A DNA stretch of 64,000 nucleotides from Microthyrium microscopicum (lineage: Eukaryota): contig MU004230.1 of assembly GCA_010405405.1 (NCBI GenBank), positions 96,627 through 160,626 of the forward strand, written 5' to 3'. Below, one piece after another: positions 24,858 to 35,482 of the stretch (position 1 is the first letter of the stretch; the number at the start of each line of letters is the position of its first letter). A model generated the notes under the pieces. The model saw only the letters and a program-made list of their open reading frames with translations, did no database searches and had not been told where the DNA came from. A program made the translations under genes and the position numbers.

Positions 24858-27464
24858 TCACAATTTAGCAATGGCCGCAAAGTACGCCAGATACCAAGTT
24901 CGTGAGGCACCACCATCCAACAAACCCCAATTGAAGTTTGAGGCGGCAAAGTATTCGTATGCCGCTTTTGGATCTAGAAGTCCATGGTTGGCTTGAAGCA
25001 GACCATTCCAGCCGCTCTGGATTTGATCTACACGACCTTGATCGAAGAATGCGCACCACTCTTCTTGCACTACAGCTCGTTAGTATGGTCAACAACCGTG
25101 CTCTGTGTGGTTGGACATACCAAAGTTCGGCGTTCTGATCAACGCTGTGACTGGCGAGACTGGAATCATATGAATGCCTTGAATACATTCAATCGCCGGG
25201 CTGAAGTACGTCGAGTGATCGCACTTGTTCTCAAACAGAATGCCTGTGACTTTGTTGCTAATAAAGCTCGCTGGCTGAGTGGTGTTTGTCGACTCCATGA
25301 GGAAGTACTTTTGGAAGACTCGAGCTTGCAGAGCAAGTCTTAGGTCACCACCAGCTTCGATTACCGAGTTGTGAGTGACATGGCCCCACATCTTGAGACT
25401 ATATGATGCAAAGGCGTCTTCACTGGAGCTTTCTTGGTCTTTGCCATCGCCGCTGGCAAATAGACCTTTGGCCTAGGAAAAGTTAGTACATGAGAAGCAG
25501 CATTTGAGCAAGACCTACCCAGCTGTGACCACAAAACCAGTCGAAAGATCGAGAGAAGGGAAAGTAAGTGTCCTCGCCAGAATTGGCAAAATCACGGACG
25601 AGCATGTCTACCCAAGCCTTGTTCTTGCTATCAGCAAGCCATGATGGATCGACGTATCCGAGTACTGCTGCCGCGTAGAGAAAGTAGCCATAATGAAAAT
25701 GATGGTCGTTGTAGTAAGAGTTGCCAAAATCCTGGCCCGGATCACCATTCAAGCCGGCTACAGAGACGACACCTTTCCATTGGTCCTCGTATACAAGAGG
25801 GTTTGGTTGGGTGTTGTTGACGAAAGTTGCGAACGCATCTTTGAGTTTGGACATGCCCTTGTTGACAATATCCGGGCAATTTGCCATGTCGTGCATTGCA
25901 AATATCATCATTGCGAATTTGGCCAAGCCTTTGCCGGAAAAGTACATACTGTTTAAACAACACTGAGCCATGACGTCTTGTTCGACTTCTTGAGCGGCGA
26001 CAGCGGTGATCGTCTGCTTGACTGAGTCTGAAAGTTGAGTTACAGAGCCAGTTGCTGGAGTCCAGGGGGCAAAGCCGATGTCGATTGGGAGTTTCTCAAT
26101 CATGATCCATTGATCTGCAAGTACGCCAGCCATTACACCTTTCGTTGTCGACCGTTTCTTGATATTGGTGACACATGCTGACGTTGGAGGTGCAAAAGAG
26201 TCAAGGTGATGAGGAAGCGCGTACATCAACAGAGGCATAGGCAGACCTGTTTTCTCCCAGATAAAACTGTATCGTCCGTTTGAACCAGAAACGATTCCAG
26301 CGACAGTACATGAGACTGCATACGCACCTGCACTCGTGTCGTATACGCTTTCGTTCGCGGGATCATCCAGCTTGGCAATTTGAATAAAGCCTTTAAATCC
26401 CGCATCGCCACAAATGGTTGTATTGGAGAGTTGTTGCATGGGCGCTCCTAGAGTAGTCCCATGATCCATAGTTCGATAGATCAGCCAGACTGCGCCATCT
26501 TCCAATACCACTCTGTATTTTTCGGTATTGCCATTGTTGATTGTTCCACTCGGTATGAACATGCGAAAAAAGACCGAAGACTGAACATAGGGAGTACAAC
26601 CACGATACACACCTGTCACAAAGCCCATGCCTTGGACAAGTGGCAGTGACAATATTGGCGGAGCGTCAGAAGATGGTGAAAAATTGATATTGGCGCTGCT
26701 AGCTTCCATGCTGTCGACGGTCATACTCGTGGTCGGTCCAAGTTCAGCTGCAGAAAGAGCTATGTTCTGTATTCCGATTGGAGCGAGATAGAATTTGCAG
26801 CAACCGTCGTCGTTGGCTGGCCCATATGCGATCTGGTTGTCTTCGATGAGAGTAATGCTCATGCCCCAGCTATTTGAGTTGGTTCCTCCATGACTCCACC
26901 AGACGCTGTAAGGCATGGTCCAAGCTGGACATGTTTGACTGGAATATGTTAGTGTAAGCACTTCCTATGGATTCTTGTGTAGTCTAATGACACTCGATGA
27001 TCTGCTGAAGTACAATGCATTGATATATCATCAGAGTATCGTTTCAGTAGATTATCGACAATGTCAACCGTGATGATTGTTCTATATAGAGAAACTCACC
27101 CTTCCAGGAACAGATTGGCATAGAATTTGTTGGTATACAGAGGCTTCGACGGAGCAGACTGAAGAGTGCTGAGTTCCGTGCTGGATACTGGTGTAGTTCG
27201 AGCTTTGACAAAGTTTGATGAAACTGGATGGTCTGGTCGACGAGCAACTACAGGAGGATCATCTGAGAAGGGTATAAAAGGGTTGACGCTCTCCTGAGTA
27301 GCATATCTCTGCATAGGTCTTGCTGGCACTGGAGGCGGCTGGGCCGGATGTGCTGTGGTATCGTCGATGGTTGGATGTGGAGCAGGTTGAGGAGTAGGTT
27401 GTTGATTTCCATCTTGATGACGACGGAAGTGCATGTGGTCGGTGAACTTGTGGAAGTCATGCAT
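24858..27464 (-). CDS. Glycoside hydrolase family 81 endo-1,3-beta-glucanase (Eng2/Acf2 type, no evident signal peptide)
   Basis: 'TNKFYANLFL', 'SMYFSGKGLAKFA', 'DFGNSYYNDHHFHYGYF', 'RSFDWFCGHSWAKG', catalytic-region 'DQESSSED', 'KVTGILFENK', 'LDGGASRTWYL'; three introns. Confidence 0.94.
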
Positions 27465-28111
27465 GGTGGAGTTTGATAAATATTTCTTCTAAGGAGTCAA
27501 GATGGTAGGATGGAAAAAGAATCAATAGGTCCAGTTAAAGGGATTGTTCGTGAATCGTGATGCTGTTGGGAGGTGTATGAAGAGTGATGACGGAAGCTCT
27601 AGAGTGGAAGACTTTGAGGAGACAGGTTAAAGTCTACTACCACTTGCCTGTAGTCGACTTCCTAGCCTATCCTACGTATGGAAAGTGATTTCAAAGTAGC
27701 AACCAGTCTCGATTGATATGGTGCAGTAGTTGGGGTAAGTTGAGAGCATCGCGGGGAAAGGTACATTAGCACGAAGGCATGATTTGGACGTCGTGAATGA
27801 TTAGTGCCCATAACGCCCTTCCACTTACTAGAATCACTCTTGCTATCGAATGTTTTGAGAGGTGGGTCATTTATTGAAGGCGCTGGCAGTTTAAAGATCA
27901 TCCCAACGTCCGGGCATAGAGTATGGTACAACAGGAGACATCGTGGCTGGCAGGAGCGCGTGAGTTGTTGCTTTGTATGCCAAACCATTCAGCTAGCAGG
28001 TATGTACAATAGCAAGACTGTGATGATATCACTTATATAAGAATCAATAGAGGAGAATATGAAGCAGAAGGAGTTTCATTCCACGATCATTCAATCTTTG
28101 GTAGATGCGAA

Positions 28112-30877
28112 CTATATTAGAGGTTTATCAATAGGCAGAATTACTCGGCCCGGCTTGACTATGACTCTCGGTTTCGTGCTTTCCACGTACGTCTTTTTCA
28201 CATTCCACTCATTCCCAATGGGCATCCGAATCGATCTCTCGTACTCTGCCCGATTAGTGAAGGGGAACGGTAAAGTTGAAGCCATGTAGTCCACATTCTT
28301 CCGCACCCGCTTCTGATTGATAATGACGTTCTTCAGCTTGGCGTCTTTGCGATCTTCGGGTTTGATACCCTCCTTCTTGACCAGTACCTTGCCTTTGTTA
28401 CGCTTCTGTTCGCGTTTGCTGAGACCTTCACCAACCCAACTTCCCCAGCCAGGTATTGTCTGATCAACAATTTTGTCGTCTTCATCAGCTATGATTTCGG
28501 CCTTTTCTTTTTCGAACACCTCTTCAGCGTCTTCCTCGCCTGCAAAAGCTCGACGAAGTATCTCCTCACTAGAGTCTTCACCTTCACTGTCACTATCTTT
28601 GTCATAGGTGACAGTGACCCAGCCAGCCTGGTCTGGTTTAGAATGGACCTCGCCATTCTCCTTCTTACTCTTCTTAGATGCGGCTGCGGTTTGTAGGCCT
28701 GACTTCATGATTGAAGGGGTGGTCTCCTTGGTTTGAGGGCGTTTTGCGGCTATTGGAGCTTTTGCCTTGGCTTTGGAACCCATTGGAACCGATGGGTCAA
28801 TTTCTAAGCCTTGTTCTGGCATCTGCTCTTCTTCCAGCTCGCTATATTCGGCCTCTTCGAATTCATTGCGCTCCTCCGATGTAGGTTTGTTTGCTGCCTT
28901 TTTCGAGGTTGGACCAAAAATCATTCGACCAATGTTATTAGCTTCTGGTTCGGATTCCTCCTCTGATGATGATCCCCCATCTAGCTCCCGTCGGATCTGC
29001 TTGATGTCTGCCTCATTTTGAGCCTGGCGTGCTGCTTCTGCTTTCTTCATGAATTTCATTGAAGCCAATGAGGAGGTCTTTCCATCGTCAAACTCAGAGG
29101 CTTCAAGCTTTTTCAAGTTCTTGTGTAGTTCTCGAAGTTGTGTAGTTGGCTCATCAACATCGCTGTCTTCAACTTCGCTTGCAGAACCAGATTCAGCACT
29201 AGAGCCTTCGCGGCCATCTTGTCCAGTCATGCGTCTTCTAAGCTCCTCGTTACGCCGTGCCATTTCGGTTACGCCAGATCGCGCCTCGTCATCCCAGATA
29301 GATCGACCACTCTTTTTCATTTGTTTTGCCCATTTGCTATCTCGATGCTTCGCGCCCATTCTCTCTTCTGCTCTGCGACGATCGTGTGTCTCCTTTTCAT
29401 CTTCATCCATGTCGCCAAAATCTTCAGCAAAAGCATCCTGGCCAGCAGCTGCGAGTCTTTCTCTTTCCCTGCGATGAACACGACGATATGATTTGCTTTT
29501 GATTTTCTTGATTCGTTTAGCGCGTCGCTCTTCCTGGAAAATAAGCTCTCTGGCTCGTCTAAGATCTGCTCGTCGAGCGAGTACTTCTTGCACGGAGATG
29601 TTGGTTTCTGGTAGGTCATCGTACTCCTTTTCTTTCTTAGCCTGCGATGGCGCAAGCCCACTTTCTTCGAGAATGCTGTTGATGGTAGACTCGAGACTTG
29701 TTATCGGAGCGGTTGTGATGGTTGGTAGCATATATCCGGTTTGATGCGCAGCAGCTTCATTGCTCTGTAATGGAAAAGTGACATGTTCAGCTCTTCGCAT
29801 ATGTTTGACGGTGTCTACCCATCGGTCAAGCGTAGCTTTTGCTTTTTCGTTGGCGGCGATGCGATCCAATTTATCTCTTTGTAACTTTGGTAGCGCGGGT
29901 TCTAACTTTGGATCCTTTTTCTTTGGTTGTGACGGTATGACACCAGTTGCCTTCGAAGCCTTGGCCAATTGTGGATCTGAAGTGTTTTTCAAGATATCTC
30001 GAATGTCGAACTTCTCTGAACTGACGATTCCAGCTGCCGAGGGAGTCATCGACTCATACATAGTTGACGTCCGCTTTCCCTCTTCAGCTGTTGTTGGGTG
30101 CAAACTTGAAACCAGATCTTGCAGTCGCGATAACTTTTGAGAATCTATCTCATCATCTTCGTCCTCTGAAGAGTTTGAAAAGTGACCGTCTGCTGCGTCT
30201 TCATCCTCATCATCGTCAGATCCATTATCGGAGCCCCCTTCAGAATTTGAATCAGCCATTTCATCATCACTAGCTTCATAATCGTCCAGCATCTGAGCAA
30301 GATCTACAGCGTCCTCGCCCAGACTACTGTCACTGTCGGATCCAGAATGATTGCTTTCGTCATTCAAGTCCACCTCAATTTCCTTCTTTGACGGCTTGCG
30401 ACTTGACGAGGATGCTTTAGCCTTGCGATCCTTGGAGCTTCCCGAAAACGAGAAATGAGCAAAAAGCTCATCATCTCCCTCCCCGAATGCGTCGTCACTA
30501 TCAATATCACTGTCATCGTCTTGATCAACATGGCCTAGCGTCCATGCATTTCCCTCACTGTCGCTTCCCTCAGAGCTCTCTCCAACATCATCTCGTCGCA
30601 CAGTCTTCTTCTTCTTTGCTTGCGATCTGCTCCCTCCTTCTTCCTCGTCATCCTCATCCTCATCCTCGGACTCATTGACTCTTCTTCTCTTTCGATCCTG
30701 AGGATCATCCTCTGTTTGTCCAAGTCTACTCCGTCGGACCCCTAGCTTTTCGGGGTTCTGGGCGGATGCAATAGCGAAGGCATTGAGGGCTCGTTTCTGG
30801 CCTCGTTTTTTGGCGGGCTTGGGTTTCGAGACGCTGGCGGAGTTGGAGTTGGAAGAGCGAGATATTCGGGGAGGCAT
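28112..30877 (-). CDS. UTP14: U3 snoRNP / SSU processome component Utp14
   Basis: Intronless; likely ATG 30877 (MPPRISR); 'KRIKKIKSKSYRRVHR', 'RAEERMGAKH', 'PGWGSWVG', 'LPFPF...YERSIRMPIGNEWN'. Confidence 0.95.
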   Translation of the reverse strand: MPPRISRSSNSNSASVSKPKPAKKRGQKRALNAFAIASAQNPEKLGVRRSRLGQTEDDPQDRKRRRVNESEDEDEDDEEEGGSRSQAKKKKTVRRDDVGESSEGSDSEGNAWTLGHVDQDDDSDIDSDDAFGEGDDELFAHFSFSGSSKDRKAKASSSSRKPSKKEIEVDLNDESNHSGSDSDSSLGEDAVDLAQMLDDYEASDDEMADSNSEGGSDNGSDDDEDEDAADGHFSNSSEDEDDEIDSQKLSRLQDLVSSLHPTTAEEGKRTSTMYESMTPSAAGIVSSEKFDIRDILKNTSDPQLAKASKATGVIPSQPKKKDPKLEPALPKLQRDKLDRIAANEKAKATLDRWVDTVKHMRRAEHVTFPLQSNEAAAHQTGYMLPTITTAPITSLESTINSILEESGLAPSQAKKEKEYDDLPETNISVQEVLARRADLRRARELIFQEERRAKRIKKIKSKSYRRVHRRERERLAAAGQDAFAEDFGDMDEDEKETHDRRRAEERMGAKHRDSKWAKQMKKSGRSIWDDEARSGVTEMARRNEELRRRMTGQDGREGSSAESGSASEVEDSDVDEPTTQLRELHKNLKKLEASEFDDGKTSSLASMKFMKKAEAARQAQNEADIKQIRRELDGGSSSEEESEPEANNIGRMIFGPTSKKAANKPTSEERNEFEEAEYSELEEEQMPEQGLEIDPSVPMGSKAKAKAPIAAKRPQTKETTPSIMKSGLQTAAASKKSKKENGEVHSKPDQAGWVTVTYDKDSDSEGEDSSEEILRRAFAGEEDAEEVFEKEKAEIIADEDDKIVDQTIPGWGSWVGEGLSKREQKRNKGKVLVKKEGIKPEDRKDAKLKNVIINQKRVRKNVDYMASTLPFPFTNRAEYERSIRMPIGNEWNVKKTYVESTKPRVIVKPGRVILPIDKPLI

Positions 30878-31619
30878 ATTTGCTATTCTCAAAATTGTCA
30901 TCTCCAAAAAGGTGATCAAAAAAGTTTTTGTAATTTTGAGAGCTGAGTGCAGCCACATGCTTGCAGGGATCTTTGGTGGGGGTTGCCAGAAGCTTTCCCC
31001 AATAGGGACTAGCCTCGTTCAATCGCAGCCTTGTCTCGAGTTTCGGTTCCCCATGTCTACTATTTCGCGGACAGATATAAGATGGTATTGATTAAGAGAT
31101 ATGAAAAGCTTGATAGAAATAAGTACAATTCATTCAGGTAAGAAGACCACGTTGACAGCTTGGGATTCTGGTGACATATCTCATTACTCTGATATCTACC
31201 CCAGAGTACAGCTAGAGGTAGCGTTTCTTCACATAATCGTATTCTCAAAATTGTAATGCTTCGCGTGCTTCGCTACGGCACACTTGAATATCGTCATTAG
31301 ATTGTATCAACATTGAAGCCCAGGATATTGGATTCGTTGATAAAAGTTCCCTTTCCTTTGGTTGGCCGGCTGCGAGACATAATGCAGGAGCTAAGTAAGC
31401 TCAGCCACCAAATTTACTAACGCCCAAGGACGCCATCTCTTCATATCTCGTCTCGTATTCGCCAACCTTTCGCCATGATACTATAGATAGAAACGACGCG
31501 GCTCGACTTTTATTCCCAAGCGGGGACGCGACTGGCGTAGGATCGCCATTGACTGACTAAACTTTCTCCTGTGAATCTTCTCTCACCATCACCTTAGAGA
31601 TAGCAGCTCTACGACAAAT

Positions 31620-34027
31620 ATGAAGAGCGTTTTTCGCAAGCTCAAAAGCAGGAAGAAGGACGATGCAGATCGAAGCGGAAGCGCATCCGTCATCAGCAAT
31701 GCCTCAGGAAAACAACCAGTGCCACAGCCCGATGCACAACAAAACAGCGCAAGCTCTCAGAAAGGAGGATCGAATACGCTGAGCGTTACATCCACAAAAC
31801 CTATTGATCAAATCGGCAACATATTAGCATTACCAGCATCAAGCGTAGCAGAAGATCCTAGAGAAATCATCCACATCAATCCGCCTTCCATATGTCCCAT
31901 ATGTTACAACTTTGATCCTTACCATGCGCCTCCTGATGGCGACGCAGCCAATACACCTTGGGCATGTTCGGAGTACAAGATTCCGCAAGACACGCCTATT
32001 GCAAGAATAGACGTCGAAAAGTCGGAACAACTACTGGAAGCTGCGAAAGCAGGATGTTTATACTGTGTTATGGTTACTTCTTCACTGGGAGCGGTGCAGC
32101 CAGGATGGGAGAATGAGAAGTCATTCGTTCATATTTTCTTAGCAGCTGGTCTGCCTGTGATTGTGCGGTTACAATTTGGCGGCACATCTACAGTGACGAT
32201 GACACGGGAGCAAATGCTCGGTATGGGAGTGGAACTACCGGAAGGCCAGACCATGAACTTTGTCATTACTGTCAGCGACCCGGAGAAACCTCCGATAGAA
32301 GTTGAGATCTACAGGCCTATTGTTCCTGATGACCAGATCACTGTTGCAGGTACGTTGCTTTACTGGAATCTTGTGACTTTCTACGAAATGGTTGCTGATG
32401 ACTTTGCCTAGATATTGCCATGTCGCCTCTTGTGCAGCATGTTGGGTTCGCCGACGAGATCCCACCGCATGCCGGTTCTCAAGAATGTTTCGATTTCATC
32501 AAAGACAAAGTGGGAACTTGTGTCAAAACTCATACATGCACAAAGGATGGTGTACTGCCTATGCTTCCCGATCGCGTACTGTGGGTCGAAGCTAACAACT
32601 CTTCTCGAATCCAACTACTAGAGCCCCAAAGTATTCGTGCTCCGTTTATGGCCGTCAGTTACTGCTGGGGGCCTCCAGAGCCGAACGCATTCCTTACGGA
32701 CGCAAAAACTCTGGAAGCCAAGAAAGCCGGAATCAGATTCAACGATCTACCACCTCTATTCCAGGATATAGTTTCAACTGCTCGTGTGCTAGGCATCGAG
32801 TATGTGTGGATAGACCGACTGTGTATCATACAAGGAGACGAGAACGATTTCGGCAAAACGGCACCCAAAATGGGAGACATATACGGCAATGCCACTTTAA
32901 CAATCGCAACAGCCTCTGCTGTGACAGAAAACGATCGTATTCTAGTCCCGCGAGGCGAGAAGTGGTTCGCATACGATCTGAAAGTGAACGTCAATGGTCT
33001 AGGAGCCCTGACGCTTCGATTTCGACGCCGAGCGTACTCGCTAGGGAAAGAGAGTTCAGGCGGCGAGTACGGCAAAATATCGAGTAGAGCATGGATCTGG
33101 CAAGAACGTCTCCTTGCCACAAGAACCGTCTTTTTCACTGATGGAGCACTCAAGTTTGAATGTCGCTGCCATTCATTCTGGGAAGGATTCGATCGAGGGC
33201 TCGTTGGCCACTCGTGGTCATCACAACTTGATAGCATGACGCATATAAAATGGACTGGCTTGGTAGAAGAATACATGGGCAGAGATATCACTCGACCATC
33301 GGATCGGTTACCGGCTATGGACGCTGTCATGAAGCGCATTGAAAGAGCTACAGGCTGGACTCCATTCTGGGGTTTGTGGGCAAATGCGCTGGTGGAGAGC
33401 TTGAGCTGGCAATCAAAGGAGAGCTCGCAGTCTAGTAAACACGAGTGCCGCATGAATCCAGGTCACTATGCGCCGACTTGGAGCTGGGCAAGCGTGGATG
33501 GACCAATATCTTACGTCTCTGCAAGGCCGTTTAGTGTTATGGAGGAAAATGATCCGATGCAATGGGACTTGGAGTGCCGAAGTCTGAACGAAGCATCTGG
33601 TCTGATCAGGTTCGCCGGCCATATCATTCTCCTTGAGTTGCACTGCACAGTCGAACCCAACATTCTCTACGATGAAAACCCTACAGGGCAGGACAAATAC
33701 AGCTACAGATACGAGGTCAAAGGTCCAACTGACCTGAAAGGATTTCCCATGAAAGCGGACGTGGCGGTCAAACCTTGGAGTGGCACTCTGAATGGGGAGC
33801 AGGTGTCGACAGTCATCCGAGTCCCTTATGGAGAAACGCCACCAACCCAGCCTTGGTCTTCGCACTGCCTTTGCCTCTTGGTCGGAAAGAGGAAGATGAG
33901 ATCCTTGGTCCTCTTTTTGGGACGCTCACTGCGGGAGTCTGGCGCTTGGGAGCGGATTGGAATGGTTGATGGCATCTCACCTGCTGTCTTCTCGTTGTCG
34001 CAAAGACAGCTTATCGATGTTGTCTAG
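31620..34027 (+). CDS. Heterokaryon incompatibility (HET) domain protein
   Basis: 'LPDRVL', 'AVSYCWG', 'LPPLFQDIV..AR.LGIEYVWIDRLCIIQGD', 'MGDIYGNATLTI', 'RAWIWQERLL', 'DRLPA', 'APTWSWAS'; intron 32350-32411 joins the two ORF-track pieces. Confidence 0.92.
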
Positions 34028-34579
34028 ATACTCTGGTGGACCGGGGAGCCATATTTCACATAGTGTTAATTTACCAATGATATTGTACATTGAGTTAATC
34101 TTGCTTTCTGCTGGCCTACTTCGAGGACTTAGGCCATCAGCATGACGCTGTTTGGACTTACTGTCACTGAAACCCACCTCTTTAGGTACCTTGCTTTCCT
34201 TTTCTCAGACTATGATGGATCGGGTCTTTGGGGAAACTTGCATTTGTTTGACTGAGACAAATTGGAATTATGCCAGATATGTTTCAGCCTTATAGACGTA
34301 GCAGAGATTAGATTGTGAGATGATCAGTTGAGACGAGTCCGTGCGCATCGCGACTTTTCATCAACGTTTAGAGAACAAGTTCAACTATCACATTCAGTAA
34401 TCCAGCGCCTCTTCCTACGATCATTGACCTTCAATCTTCCCGTATCCTACTTTCTGGCTCGAGCCTCAGCTTTGAACTCCACACTGGTCCACGTCCCCGT
34501 TACGCAGCTCGTTCGAAGCGCTGGACATCGCTCCTAATTCGACGACGATCGACTTCCTTCACCATACCCTCGTCACAAC

Positions 34580-35184
34580 ATGTTTAAACCTACACAACCT
34601 CTACAAAGAACGCTCAAGCGACTGAAGCTTACCACCAAGCAAGCAGCAGTCAAGGGTGGATACTACAAGGGTAACAGAACCGGCTCTATGGGCTGGCACA
34701 CAAAACACGGTGGCTACATAATAGATCTACGAAAGGTTCGGACATATGTTGCGCCCATAGAACACATGGAACGATCAGTTGTAATTGAAAACCTCCCTCA
34801 AGAAACCAATAGAGCTGAAAGGCTAACAAACCGCAATAGTTATCACCATTCGTAACCATGTCCGATACAGATCCACCTGGTTCTTTACCACTACATCAAA
34901 TACCGCGAAAGCAGGTTGAAGAGCGACTGAAGCAGAGAGCATTTGAAGAGACGCTGTTAGAGACGTACACAGGGCCAGTCACAGGGGAGACCTTTATAAA
35001 GAAGTGGAAAGAAGTCCAGATTGACGATGGTCTTGCGGGCAGCCAAAGATCGAGTATGGATGCGCTGGTTTCTCATAGGAAAGAACGGTTGGAGGGCTCG
35101 AGAACAAATTTGGATGCTCTGATATCGCCTGGAAATAGATTGTCGGAGGAAGAGGCGACACCAACGCGGTCGAGGAAAGACTGA
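34580..35184 (+). CDS. MRPL27: Mitochondrial large ribosomal subunit protein mL41 (MrpL27)
   Basis: 'LTTKQ...GYYKGNRTGSMG.HTK.GGY.ID..KVRTYV.P' then spliced 'LSPFV'; intron about 34781-34839. Confidence 0.85.
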
Positions 35185-35482
35185 AGATGGTGATTGTGGC
35201 TCAAATAAAGGAGGATTGTACGATATCTTGCATCATGTATAGCTGCATACAGAGCGTTTGCCTATCAGAGTATCATATGGCATGTTATGAGTTTTCGAGT
35301 TGACTTCAGGCGCGTACTTGCTAATCCAATGCCATGTTGCGATGGCAGCGGGCATACATCTGAACAGTATCTGAGCTGCAACTGCTATATATGGACGTAT
35401 TTGTGCAATGTACGAGGGATGTTAGCGGGTTGTAAGATTACTAGTAGTTACTACGACATGATACCTGCCAGTGATCCCTTAA

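Noticed and set aside
26940..27098. Possible C/D snoRNA in the long first GH81 intron (TGATGA on the sense strand)
   Set aside because: No downstream CTGA box D or recognisable rRNA guide before the branch point.
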